Below the pieces are notes generated by a model. The model made no database searches. It saw nothing but the letters and a program-made list of their open reading frames with translations, and had not been told where the DNA came from. A stretch of DNA of 64,000 nt. Origin: Octopus sinensis. Its lineage: Eukaryota. Of this stretch, positions 15,598 through 30,178 are shown piece by piece. The first letter of the stretch is position 1; every line of letters starts with the position of its first letter. The position numbers and the translations under genes were made by a program. Location: the NCBI RefSeq assembly GCF_006345805.1, contig NC_042998.1, forward strand, positions 49,538,001-49,602,000. The letters are read 5' to 3'.

Positions 15598-16300
15598 TCA
15601 TCATCATCATCATCATCATCGTTTAACGTCCGTTTTCCGCGCTAGTACGGATTGGACGGTTTCGACCGGGGTCTGGGGAGCTCGGGACTGCCCCAGGCTC
15701 CAGTCTAGTCTGGCAGTGTTTCTACAGCTGGATGCCCTTCCTAACGCCAACCACTCCGTGAGCCCTTCCTAACGCCAACCACTCCGCGAGTGTAGTGGGT
15801 GTTTTTTATGTGCCACCTGCACAGGTGCCAGAGGGGTCTGGCATCGGCCACGTTCGGATGGTGCTTTTTATGTGGGGGGGGGGGCAGAAATATAGGGGAG
15901 CACCAGTGGGGAGGGGTGGTTCAGAGAAATGATGACAGGTTCTAGGCAAGTAGAACGTAGGATATCGAGAGAGGGGTAATGCATGGTGAAATAGCGTATT
16001 GAAGAGGGGTTCGAAGAGTAGACACCTATAATGGTGGTGGGAGAAGCGACATGCGGTATAGATGGAGCAAAAATATAGATATCCGGTATTAGTGGTGGGG
16101 GTGGGTAGGGAGGGTGCACCGCGAAGATACGAATGTTGATTAATACGAGGAGAAATGAAATGAAATGAATAAGATTAGATAAGATAGACAGATAGAGAAA
16201 TTTGATAAAATTATGAATGGTCAGTAAAGAATTGAAAATAGCAATTCAAAATAGCAACTCAACACCTATCTTGCTCGCGCTCGGAAATTCACAGCTTGTA

Positions 16301-16348
<48 letters not shown>

Positions 16349-16499
16349 CATATGTGTATTAGAGAGGAAAGGCTTCAAGATGGCGCGAAGATACGAATGT
16401 TGATTAATACGAGGAGAAATGAAATGAAATGAAATGAATAAGATTAGATAAGATAGACAGATAGAGAAATTTGATAAAATTATGAATGGTCAGTAAAGA

Positions 16500-16534
<35 letters not shown>

Positions 16535-18272
16535 TATACATATATATATATATATCAGCACGACCGTTGCCAGCATCTCGACCGTTGCCAGCACCGCCCC
16601 GTTTCGTGTCCGTTGCCAGCCTCGCCTGGCCCTCGTGCCGGTGGCACATAAAAAGCACCATCCGTTCGTGGCCGTTTGCCAGCTCTGTCTGGCACCAGTG
16701 CGGGTGGCACGTAAAAAGCACCCACTACACTCACGGAGTGGTTGGCGTTAGGAAGGGCATCCAGCCGTAGAAACACTGCCAGATTTGACTGGGCCTGATG
16801 AAGCCTTCTGGCTTCACAGACCCCAGTAGAACCGTCCAACCCATGCTAGCATGGAAAACGGACGCTAAACGATGATGATGATGATGATGATATATATATA
16901 CATATATATATACATATATATATACATATATACGACGGGCTTCTTTCAGTTTCTGTCTACCAAATCCACTCACAAGGCTTTGGTTGCCATGAAGTGGGAC
17001 TGAAACCGGAACCATGTGGTTGGTGAGCAAGCTACTTACCACATAGCCACTCCTACGCCTATATACATCCAACAATTTATATCTGTTTGTTTTTGTGTCT
17101 GATTTTCGTGTATTAGCATGTATTAGATGAATATATTGTTGAGACCTTTCCTGTCATTAATACTTATCTGTTTTATAAGTATGGGATCACTTACCCTATA
17201 CATCTTTGTAAGTGCAAATTCAGTGGATGATGTGATGATAGGGGAAACGAAAAACAACAGTACTGCTTGTAGCTCAGCAAATGTAAACAAGCATACAGAC
17301 ACATAAAATGAAATGATGATGCCACTTCATCAATGGTTTTTCTTGTACTCTTGTTTCATTCTTGTTTTACCTTACTAATGCCAGTGACAAAAAAGAAGTA
17401 CCTAGTATAAGGTGGTAGGCATTAGAAAGGGCATCTAGCTATAGAAACCATGCCAAAGGTGACGTTGGAGCTTGCCAGATCCTGTTAAACCATACTACCC
17501 ATGCTAGTACAGAAAATGGATACTAAGTGATTGTTGTGGAGATTGCTAGCATCTAAATGTGTACAATAGAAATTGCTGGCATGCAAATCTGTCCAATAGA
17601 ATTGAATGAGAAGTTGTAGAACTCTCTAGAGTGTTCTAATGGCTTACTGCTATATAAGCAAGTATTCAGCTGGGTGTCTGGAACTTCTTCTAGGCTTTAT
17701 TTCAAAACCCTTGCCAGAAATGGTATCAACTGACATATGTAGCACATAGTCAATGACAATGATGAAGAGAAATGGAGTGAGTGTGTCTCCCTGCAGTATT
17801 CCGGCTTTGATTGAGAAAGATGATGCAAATATATGGGAAACTACCACCTATGTCATCTCTTGTGAAAGGTAGGAGAGTCCAGTTTACTGGACATTGTCGT
17901 AGAGCTGAAAACGAGGCAATTTCTACTCTTCTCCTCTGGAAGCCATCTACTCGTGATACCAGAGGGCGCACACTCTCCTCTCTCCTACCCTGATGTAATC
18001 TCCAGGGATACAGGCTTCCAGCAACAGGACCTCCGTAATGCTATGATGGACCGTGAAGTCTGGCGTAGCATAGCAAATTCCATTGTCTCGACCACAGTCA
18101 AACAATGATGATGATGATGCTATATAAGCAGAGCTGGTAGAGGGGTGTTTCTCTTTTTGCCTTTGTCTTTCCAGTTATACACTGTTTGAGAGACAGATAA
18201 TAAATCTATCTGGAGTGTTACTGTTCTCTTCTTTGCGAGTGTACAAGAGAAGCACAACATTGATGATGATTT

Positions 18273-18303
<31 letters not shown>

Positions 18304-21300
18304 TTATATAATATAATTAGTGTATAAGAGTTTATACATAGAGAGGACACCATAATGTGGATTCCTTACAGTCTAGAAAGGGCAGTCAAAACCCAAATTA
18401 CGAAAAAGATATTGTTACGTGGTATATTGCCTGTAGAACACTTGAATGAATAAAAATCTCTGTTAACCCTATACCAATGAATTTCATCATTAATTATCAA
18501 ATAAATCAATTAACTAGTAAATCAATTGATTAATTAACCATCTGTGGCTCAACGCTGGAAAATGCATAATTATGAAAACACAAAGTTTACACATGCACAC
18601 TTAATTTGATCATTATACATCAAAAATTCAAACTGAATGCTGCCAAACAATGTACAGAGTCAGAGTAGTACTGCAGTGAATAAATTCACTGTATATTATC
18701 TAACCAAAGAATTTAAATATTTAACTATATAAATACAGGGTAAAAATTATTAATAATTAATACTAGTGGTTCTTCACCCTCTCTTTGGTGACCACCTCAT
18801 TTCCAGGTTTACTGACATTCCTTGGCCCCATTTTTCCTCTGATTTGTTCATGTGTGATTATTTCTTATGGGGAAACCTCAAGGCACGTGTGTATGCACAT
18901 AAGCCCTGTACATTGGATGATTTGAAGGAAGCTATTCATGTGGAAATTACCCAAATCAACAGAGCAATGCTGGAAAGAGTGGAGGTCAACTTCCAAGAAT
19001 GCTTTCAGAAATGCATCAATGAAAACGGACACCACATGATGGATGTTGTTTTTTCACACCTGATTTTGACAAATGTCAATTCAATATGTACACATTGATG
19101 TCAATAAAATTTATTTTCAGCTAAAATTAATGATTTTGTGAATTTTTCAAAAATGTCTGTCCTCTCTACCCAACCCAGTATATGTATATATATATATATT
19201 ATATATATATATATACACATATATATTTATATATACATATATATTTATAAATATTCATACATACATATATATAAACATACATACATATATATATCATCAT
19301 CATCATCATCATCATCATTGTTTAACGTCCGCTTTCCATGCTAGCATAGGTCGGACGATTTTGACTGAGGGCTGGTGAGCCAGATGGCTGCACCAGGTTC
19401 CAGTCTTGATCTGGCAGAGTTTCTACAGCTGGATGCTCTTCCTAACGCCAACCACTCTGAGAGTGTAGTGGGTGTTTTTATGTGCCACCAGCATGGGGGC
19501 TAGTCAGGCGGCACTGGCAACAACCTCACTCGAATCTTTTTACACGTGCCAGTGAAGCGACGTTGGTAATGATCACGCTTGAATGGTGCCCTTTTACATG
19601 CCACGGGTACGGAAGCCAGTTGGCTGCTCTGGCAATGATCATGCTCGGATGGTGCTCTTTGCACCCCGCTAGCACGAATGCCAATCATCGAATTGTATAT
19701 ACACATATATTTACACACACACACACATATATATATACACATACACACACAACACACATGCATGTATATATGTGTGTATATCACCATCATTATCATTATT
19801 TTTACATCTGTTTTTTTTATAGCATATCCTAGAAGAAATCAAGGAGATCAATATTGGTGGCAAGGATCCTATTTCACATGACCACATATTCTGATCCTAT
19901 GTATTCAGATTTTATGGTCATCTTGTATTTCCGGCTACAATGCTTTTAGAAAACCTTTTTGCATATAGGAGTTCCCATAAGCAACTTGTCATAAAACCCA
20001 CTGTTATGATCTTCAGAATTATAATAAATAGGAAGGTATTGAGAATCAAGTCTTGATGGATACTTACTTGCACACCAGATTGCTCATAGAATTCATTATC
20101 AACCCTCTCTGACTACATAGTATGGCCAAAATGTTTGTGGCTGGTGTTCCTTCTGACACTGAAGTTGCACCCATACTGGGGGGTTGATGTAGTAGTAACT
20201 TTTTTTGACAGGGAACCTCTGTGTTAACTTTGAGAGTTTTGTTGTAGAACTTGTCCTTTGTATTTTAAGTAGAATTGTGGGTTGGAGAATTAACACTGAC
20301 AAGGTTCACCAGACCTTTGGCTTTGTGAAGCCCAAGTGAAAAATCTGGATGCCCTTCTTACTCTTTTACTCTTTTACTTGTTTCAGTCATTTGACTGTGG
20401 CCATGCTGGAGCACTGCCTTTAGTTGACCCCAGGACTTATTCTTTGTAAGCCTAGTACTTATTCTATTGTCTCTTTTACCGAACTGCTACGTTACGGGGA
20501 CGTAAACACACCAGCATCAGTTGTCAAACGATGTTGAGGTGGACAAACATAGACAAACACAGACACACAAATACACACACATATATATACATATACATAT
20601 ATGTGACGGGCTTCTTTCAGTTTCTGTCTACCAAATCCACTCACAAGGCTTTGGTCGGCCTGAGGCTATAGTAGAAGACACTTGCCCAAGGTGCCATGCA
20701 GTGGGACTGAACCCAGAACCATGTGGTTGGTAAGCAAGCTACTTACCACACAGCCACTCCTGCACTTTGCTAAAAACCTTTTTAGCTACCTCTTTCAACA
20801 AGCCAGAATACTGTGTATCTATCTTAAAAAACTGAGATACATATTCAATTCATTGTTAACCTTTTGATACAAACCCACCAGAGACTGCTCATGCTTCTAT
20901 GATACAAACTTTGTTTTAAAGTGAAATGAATTAGATAAAGTAAATGACTCCTAAAATTATGTTATATTTACCTTATTTCAACCTTTGCCACCTGTTACAT
21001 TCTTATTTTCTTATCAAGTTAACAACATCTGTTCTTATTACATTTTTATATAAATAATTAAATCTAATATTCAGATTTTCTATTTATGATTTTATTAAAG
21101 TTAGAAAATGGCCAGTGCAATTTCAATGTAAGGCTGATGGAAAAACCTGCAAATCTTCACATGTTCCATGTTAAAGTTCGAGTTATTGAAAGTAATACAA
21201 GAGTGACAGAATATAAAACTGATAACACAGCAACTTTTGTCAGTGTAAAAGAAAGTGATCCCAAATACAAAGTAAGTATTACATAAAAAAATATATTTAC

Positions 21301-21454
21301 AAAATAATATTTAATTACTGTTTAAACAAGCGTCTCCATTTCATCTTTCTTTCCCTTAACCCCATAGTGTTCAGATTATTCCGTCAAATGTAATACTTAT
21401 TAATTCATATTGTTTCAAACTAATCAAGCATTATCTTGTCACTTTGAGATTTTG

Positions 21455-21501
<47 letters not shown>

Positions 21502-21575
21502 TTAATATTCGTTGTCCAGAGAAAGATGGACATTAAAAAACGATGACAACAAAGGACTAACACCAATACCACCAC

Positions 21576-21645
<70 letters not shown>

Positions 21646-24600
21646 AGCAGCAGCAACAGCAGCAGCAACAGCAGCGACAATAACAACAAGCTGGCAGTAT
21701 CATTTGAGCATTGGTGGAGAGCTGGCAGAATCATTAGCATGCCGGGTGAAATACTTAGCGGTATTTCGTCTGCCGTTATGTTCTGGGTTCAAATTCCACC
21801 GAGGTCGACTTTGCCTTTCATCCTTTCGGGGTCAATAAATTAAGTACCAGTTACGCACTGAGGTCGATGTAATTGACTTAATCCCTTTCTCTGTCCTTGT
21901 TTGTCCCCTCTATGTTTAGCCCCTTGTGGAAAGCTGGTAGAATAATTAGGATGCTAGGCAAGATACTTAGTGGAATTTTGTACATCTCTACATTCTGAGT
22001 TCAAATTTTGTTGAGGTTGACTTTACTTTTCATTCTTTCAGGGTCGATGAAATAAGTACCAGTTGAGCACTGGGGTTGATGTAATTGACTAACCCTTTTC
22101 CCCTTCCCAGCCAGTTTGCTGACCTTGCACCTAAGTAAAAAACAAACAACACATAATTGGTATCATTAGGGTAACATTTTCTTTTGCTGTTTTGATGTAG
22201 GTTAGATAATAACACCAAACTGACAAATGTTTCAATTTGTTCACATTTTGACACCCCTGCTCCAGTTCACAATGCCCCCAAAAGGGTGCTGTCTCCCAGG
22301 TTTTAAATCCACAAGTCTAGACGAAATTGATAAAAAGAAATAATAATCTCGAATTATCAAATATAATATTGAATTAAATTTTTGAAATTAAAAGAAATTA
22401 ATTTAAAATTATATTATGAACCATATAAATATCAGAAACCCCTCCTCCTCCTCCCCTCCTTCCCCCCTCCTCCTCCTCCTCATCATCATCATCATCATCA
22501 ACATCATCATCGGCTGTCCCGTTTTCCATAATGGTATGGGTTGGATAGTTTGGCAGGAACTGGGCGAGCAAGGACCGCACCAGGCTCTACTATCTGCTTT
22601 GGCATGGTTTCTGTAGCTGGATGCTCTTCCTCATGCTAACCACTTTACAGTGAGTACTGGGTGCTTTTTTATGAGGCACCAGCAACACACTAAATAACTT
22701 GCAAGACAAAAGACCTTTAACTGCGAAAGAGAGAGAGAGAGAGCGGTATAGTGAGGGATGGCTTCATGCCAGGTGAAGAAATATTAGATTGAGCTGGCAG
22801 AAATGTTAGCACGCTGGGCGAAATGCTTAGCAGTATTTCGTCTGTCTTTGCCTTTCATCCTTTCTGGGTTGATAAATTAAGTACCAGTTATGCACTGGGG
22901 TCAAGGTAATTGACTTAACCCCTTTGTCTGTCCTTGTTTGTCCCCTCTATGTTTAACCCCTTGTGGGCAATAAAGAAATAAGATTATGATAGAGGAACTG
23001 AAACTGGTGTCACACAGTCGAGGAGATACATGGTAACCCCAGATGGAAAATGTGAGAGAGAGCAAGAGAGGGAGAGAGAGGTGAAGAGTGGGTGGGAGAT
23101 AAGGTGCTAAAGATGTGTCAAGGTATAATCTATTTAAGCACTGATTTGTAAGTAAATTTCTATTTTTAGGAGTTACGAGATGCCAATGAAAACAAATATT
23201 TTGAAGATTTATTAAACAATCAAGAAAATGGGAATGTTTCAATTAATTTAACTCTAAGCGAAAAAGAAGTTTTAACAGTAAGTAAATATTTTCAGTTGAT
23301 GATTAATTGATAATTTTTTCCTTTTAGAAAATTGTTGTTTGCTGCTATGTAGTTCTGGTGTGACCTGGTCAACCCCTGATAAAGCGAATCTAGTGTTTCA
23401 GTAGGAGGACTTATTTAGAATTCTATTGCATTAAAAACAAGTTACCTTTTGCTTGTTTCATTCACTGGAGTCTGGCCATGCCTTGAAGAGGTTAGTTGAA
23501 GAAATTAAGACTAATGCTATTATATATATATAGGCGTAGGAGTGCCTGTGTGGTAAGTAGCTTGCTTACGAACCACATGGTTCCAGGTTCAGTCCCACTG
23601 CATGGCACCATGGGCAAGTGTCTTCTACTATAGCCTCAGGCCAACCAAAGCCTTGTGAGTGGATTTGGTAGACGGAAACTGAAAGAAGCCCGTCGTATAT
23701 ATGTATATATATATATGTGTGTGTGTGTGTGTCTGTGTGTGTCTGTGTGTGTTTGGGTGTCTGTGTTTGTCCCCTCAACATCACTTGACAACCGATGCTG
23801 GCGTGTTTACGTTCCCGTAACTTAGCAGTTCAGCAAAAGAGACTGATAAAATAAGTACTAGGCTTACAAAGAATAAGCACTGGGGTCGATTTGCTCAACT
23901 AAAGGCAGTGCTCCAGTATGGCCACAGTCACATGACTGAAACAAGTAAAAGAATAAAAGAGTATATATATATATATATTTAAAGTTCGTTACTTATTCTG
24001 TTGGTCTCTTTTGCTGAACTGCTGTGTTATGGGGATGTAAACAAACCAACACCACTTGTCAAGTGCTTTGGGATGATATACACAAACTCAAAGACCCACA
24101 TGCATACATATATACCTACATAAATACATGCATATTATATATAGATAGTTAAGGCAAATTCCAGCTGTTTTCTCTTGAAGCTCATCTGCTTCTTCTATTA
24201 TTACAATACAATATGTGGTCACAGATGCTGCAGTATGTTAGTCAAAATACATATTACATATTGAAATTCTTTCCTCTGTCTGAGGAATTCTTCATAGGAA
24301 ACTTATTACATGTCTATCTAACACGTAAAACGTTGTAATTCCTATTAGCAAATGAAACATGTATAACGGAGAATAAATAATTGCAAAAAATTTCCACTTT
24401 TCTATTTTGTTATAAATAATACATGCGTGTGTATGTGTGTGTGCATGCATGTATTTTGTCTACCAGATTCCCTCACAAAGCATTGCTTGTTCTACTAGAA
24501 GTGGAAAACACTTGCCCAAGGTCTATTCAGTCTCAGCTGATCTGGTTGTAAGCTAAGCAACAGTTTTGCAATAACAATTTTACTATATTTGTTAAGCTGC

Positions 24601-27600
24601 TTTATCAAGTATCTTTGTACATTATATTGGGTTGTCCGGAAAGTTTGTGCCGATTTATAGTAGCTTACCCTTTGACTTATTTTAGAACATGGTTGAGTCC
24701 ATAAAATAGGATTTCACTACACCTCTATTTAGAGCACAGTTTAAGCTATCTTTTCGTTGAAAAAGGTTTATGTTCCTATAACCTGTGTTAATTCTGTAAC
24801 CCTTTAAAATGGAAGATAAGAAAGTTCATTTTCAGCAGTTGATGCTTTGGGAACCAGACAAAATTTGCTGCAGCTTGGCTGGAATGTGTTACTCCACCCT
24901 CCTTATTCACCAGATATTGCTCCTTCAGATTTCCACTTACTCAGGTCTCTGCAGAATAGTCTTAATGGTAAAAATTTCAATTCCTTGGATGGATTAAAAA
25001 GATACCTTGATGAATTCTTTGCCATGAAATCACCTCAATTCTGGGAAGAGGGTATTTTCAGGTTAAAGGAAAGATGCAGATGTAATGTGCAACAAAATGG
25101 TTCATATTTGGTTGATTAAAAATGTAATGGTGAGCATTTATTGACCTTTTTCTTTCCTTTAAAAATTGGCATGAACTTTCTGGACAACCCAATATTTTAC
25201 TGACGTGTTATTAACAATCACCTAGTAGTAACACGATTTAGAAATATCCTTCCATTTAAGTGTATTTGTAGATATTTTTTGTTCTTTAAATAAATTGTAC
25301 ATTTTTCATTTAAAAAATTCCTTTGCTGACTTAACAAATTGTCTCTAATTTCGTATTTTGTACAGGTTGGAATGAAAGTAAGAATCACTGCTAAACCAAC
25401 AGATAAATATGTGAGGATGCTTTATTATATGGTAAGAAAAATACTTAAACTTTATTTTTTTATACTTTATTCTTATATTAGTTTCACTCATCAGACTGAT
25501 ACCATGCTGGAGCACAAAGTTTCAAGGTGTTAGTCACTCCCAACTGTTATCAGTAAAATTTTCTTTTTCATTATAATATGTTGCTGTAGAGATTTTGTTT
25601 CTGATATCCCTTCAATGAAACAATCCATCTATCTAATATTTTAAATTAATTAATTAACAAGTCAGTTGCTTTAGTCTAATCTTTGGCTGAATTGGAATTC
25701 TTTGCAGATAATTCTATAGCATCTTAAATATGTTTCTATTCTTTTTTCTGCAATATTTTAATGGTATATGCTAGAGTTTGACAAGGAATTCTATTTTTGT
25801 CTTTGACAGAATGATGAAGCTTATAGCTTTAGCCTATGTTGTTATATGCTTCTATTTTTATGTGTTGAAATAAGCAAGTTTAGTTTATGTTGATAAATGT
25901 TCACCCTTTTGTATTGAAGCTTATGTGTTTGGTTTAATTTAATTTCTTTACACTTTGTCTTGCATGTTGAAACACAAAGGCTTGGTTTTTCTTCTTCCTC
26001 CTCTGTCTTGCCATTTAACATACATTTTCCATGCTGGCATGGATTGGATGGTTTCACAGGATTCTGCAAGCTGTAAGGCTGTGTTGAGCTCTAATGCCAA
26101 CTTTGGTATGGTTCCTTTGGTTGGATTCCTTTCTGAATGCCAACCACTCTTCAGGTACAAGTGAGGTTACCAAATTAACTTGCAAGGCAATAAAAGAAAG
26201 GAATGAGAAGAAAGGGGAACAAAAACAAAAAAAAAGGTGGAAGGGAAAAGAAGGGAAAAGCCTCCTTGACTATATGGTGGGAGTTAGCATTTGAGAGAGC
26301 GAAGGGCAATGATTCTATGTAAGGTGTTGAGAGACTAGAGTGTGGTGGAAGAACAAGCACAGATGGCTTGTTATTGAGATGCAAATATTTTTTCCATATC
26401 AGCCATCACTGAAGAGTTGTGATGTTACTCAACTATTTTGTTACATAATATCTGGTTAGCTTATATCCAGTGCAAAACTGGTTGTTAAGATCAGTTGAAA
26501 TAGATCTGTTATACTGCATACTTTGACTCACACTCCACCTTATGTGCTGAAGCACGCAGGTTTGGTTTATGTTAATATATACTTTAGTCCTTGTATGTTT
26601 AAATACACAAATTTACTTTCAGCTCTTATTTATTTGTAAGTTGTATTGACAATGATGGTGTTTATAATAATGATGACCATATTATTTATAGCCTCCAAAC
26701 AACAAGGTAATTACTTTTTTACTTCCCTCTTTAGAATCTTTATACAGTTAAAACCTATTCTTTTTCTTCGTACTTTAATCACCTGCTGCCATGAAAAGAT
26801 GTTGCCAAAAAATGGAAAACCCAAAAGTCTGTTTCAGACATGCAGTGTTTCTGCAGAATTATGCATGATAATCTCTGTCTGTTCAGAAATGCGGCAGATC
26901 AAAAAGGCTTTGATCAATTTATATCAGTCAACAGCATTTAATAGGGTAGAGCAGAAATATCTCCTTGTTGTACTTGTAATGTTAAGATTTGGGACGATTT
27001 ATTAGCAAAAGATGTAAGAATAAATATGAGGAAGAATGTTCAAAGGTTTCTGTGAATAGCTTCTTCATAAGTAAATTTAAAAATTGGAAAATCAGAAACT
27101 GATATCAAGCTAGACAGTGACTGGAATAAGAGCCCCTTTGTTAAAAGACTATATTGAAAAAGGAAGCATTTTTATCTTTTCAAAAATATTGTATATATGT
27201 GTATATATATGTGTGTGTAAGTGCAGGTTTGTGTATGTTTGTGTTTTGTCTTGATAGTCATAAATGAATGTCACTGTCATACAATTGGCATCATTCATTT
27301 CCAATATTCAATCCAGTCCATGCAATCATGGAAACCTGGATATTGATATGACAATGATGACGACACTCACAACAGCAGTGGTTTCAGTGGTGATGACAGC
27401 GATGGCAATGGTGATGATGATGATGATGGCATCATACTGCTTAAATATCATCAGTTTTCTGGAAAAAAAAAAATCTCCTGTAAAGCATGTGTTATTCTAA
27501 TATTTTTATGAAGAACTTTTGTGGAAAAAAATCCATTGGCTACCATCAAATCGACTTAATCCATTTGTCTGTCCATGTTTGTCCCCTCTGTGTCTAGCCC

Positions 27601-29460
27601 TTTGTGGGCAGTAAAGAATATTAATATTGGAGAATATTAATATTTATAAGGCGGCAAGCTGGCAGAATCGTTAGCACGCTGGGAAAAAATGCTTAGCGGT
27701 ATTTCGTCTGTCTTTACGTTCTGTGTTCAAATTCCACTGAGGTCGACTTTGCATTTCATCCTTTCGGGGTCGATAAATTAAGTACCAGTTGTGTACAGGG
27801 GTCGATTTAATTGACTGGCCTTCTCTTCTAAAATTTCGGGCCATGTGCCTAGAGTAGAAAATAATATTGGAAATGAATGTAGTCATAGAATGGTAAGTCA
27901 AATTTGTGTAGGCCTGGTATGAGGCTAAGATGTCTGCAGAAATCTTGGTACAGTAGGAAGTTTTGGAAATCAATGGTGAGGGAAAGAAATCCTCTTAACA
28001 TTGAGAGTTATTGTAGTTGTTGCTGTTGTTGTTAAGTAACAAGATGGGTAAGGGTGATTAGGTGATGGTCTAGGGCTTAGGGGCGGGAGACCCCAGACCT
28101 TGAAAAAACAAAAAACTTTGGCCATCTTGTTGTAGTCGAGGGCTCTTCATTGATGCCCGACACCACTGGGAGGTGGCCCTTGGAGTCGCTGGAAATGGAG
28201 ATCTCCAGGTCCAAATTCTTGAACGGCTGTTGTTGTTGCTGTTGTTGTTGTTGTTCTTGAGTAACTCTAGGGCATCTCTGATTGAACAGATGGGATAAAA
28301 CTAATTAAAAAAAAACTTTATGCTGACCTTTGATGTATGCTGTGCTTGACAAGACCTGTCCAGCCAAGTGACATCATAGACATGACCGATGCTACTTGAA
28401 CATGGAGCGATATACTGTGCTTGGGAAGACCCATCAAACCATGTGAAATCATAGTCATGGCTGATACCAATGTTGTGTAACTGGCACGTAAAAAATACCA
28501 TTCAACTGTTAGGACTCACAGAGCCAGTGACAAGTGACTGAGATCTTTGGCGTTATATTGTGCTTGAGAAGATCTGTCAAGCCAAGTGAGATAATATTCA
28601 AGGCTGATGCCAGTGCTGCGTAACTGGCACCCATGCTAGTGGCATGTAAAACACACCCACTACGTTCTTGGAGTGGTTGGCATTATGAAGGGCATCCAGC
28701 CATAGAAACCATGCCAAATCAGATTGGTGCAGCTCCCCAGCTTACCAGTTCTCAGTCAAACTGTCCAACCCATGCCAGCATGGAAAACAGACGTTAAATG
28801 ATGATGATGATGATGAGTTTATCTAGGGTTACATCATTCAATGTGTCATTTTTTTTAAAGTTAGCAGCATGTGATTTGAAGGAGATTTCACTGCTATTTC
28901 TAGCAAATTGAATGACCATGTAAAAGCTTCCTTGTTGCCTTGAGTTTTTTCTTTGACTGGGATTCCCTTGCTGGCCAGGTAACATATTTATATAAGAGTA
29001 TGGGCAAATATATGCATGTGTCTATGCTTATGCATATGTGCATATGAGGACTGACGGTATAATTATTTCTGCATGCATATAGCATCAAATATCTTTCAGA
29101 ATTTTAAACTAATCTCTGTTATTTATTTTTAATTTTTGCAGATAATTTCTAAAGGAAAAATTTTGCTATTGAATAAAAAACCAAGTGGTCAGAATGTTTG
29201 GAACTTTGATGTGAACATCATAAGACACATGATCCCTACAGCCAAATTTTTAGTCTATTATTTTCAGGAAGAAAGGATAATTTCAGCATCTATAAACCTT
29301 AATGTATATGACATTTGTCCATATAAGGTAAAACTCACAAGGCTTCAACAGCTTTGACCCCCACTCTTTTTTTAACTATACATCCTTTTGAATATTTGTT
29401 TGTATACACTTACATTTTACACTGACATGTATATATAATTATTGTCTAATTATAGAAGGC

Positions 29461-29546
<86 letters not shown>

Positions 29547-29674
29547 TATATATATATATTATATATATATATACACACATATACATATATATATATATAT
29601 AATAATTAAGTAATACAAGTGTGTGTGAACTTGTATGTATATATATATGATATATATGCATGCATGTATGCATA

Positions 29675-29708
<34 letters not shown>

Positions 29709-30115
29709 CATGCACACACACGTACACACTCACACATACACACATGTATGTACACACTCACATACATATAGAGTGGGCCTCTGAATAGTTTTCATGTAGA
29801 AAATTCCATTTACAAGGTATTTGACCACCCTGTGATTATAGTAGAAGGCATTTTCCTAATGTACCATTTCTGACAATATATATATATTAAGTTTATGTAT
29901 CTCTCTAGACTTAGAGCTATATGTTTAGATATTTAACTTCACTCAAACTTACGCTTCAAATTGAGATGGTAAATAACCCAAGGAGTGTATATTATGCACT
30001 CCATCTGAAATAATTTTTTACCTCAAAAAGGGATGACGTTTAAGTAGTTCAGCTCCCACTCTCTAGGTAACTGTTTCTGCCTTAATTCTTGTTAATTCTC
30101 ATTCTATTTCTCTCC

Positions 30116-30178
<63 letters not shown>

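Noticed and set aside
19823-19900. Candidate exon after ttttttatag
   Set aside because: Stops occur before a usable donor in the frames checked, and exons 5 and 6 already join in phase; the region reads better as a minus-strand LINE endonuclease remnant
21498-21838. Poly-Ser/Ala/Leu/Met ORFs; also poly-Thr/Pro at 31133-31366 and poly-His/Ile at 52676-53022
   Set aside because: (CAT)n, (CAG)n and (CAC)n tracts; no splice or phase fit to the gene
24140-24330. Possible missing MG4 exon(s)
   Set aside because: Open frames exist but splice signals are weak and there is no convincing motif; left unannotated
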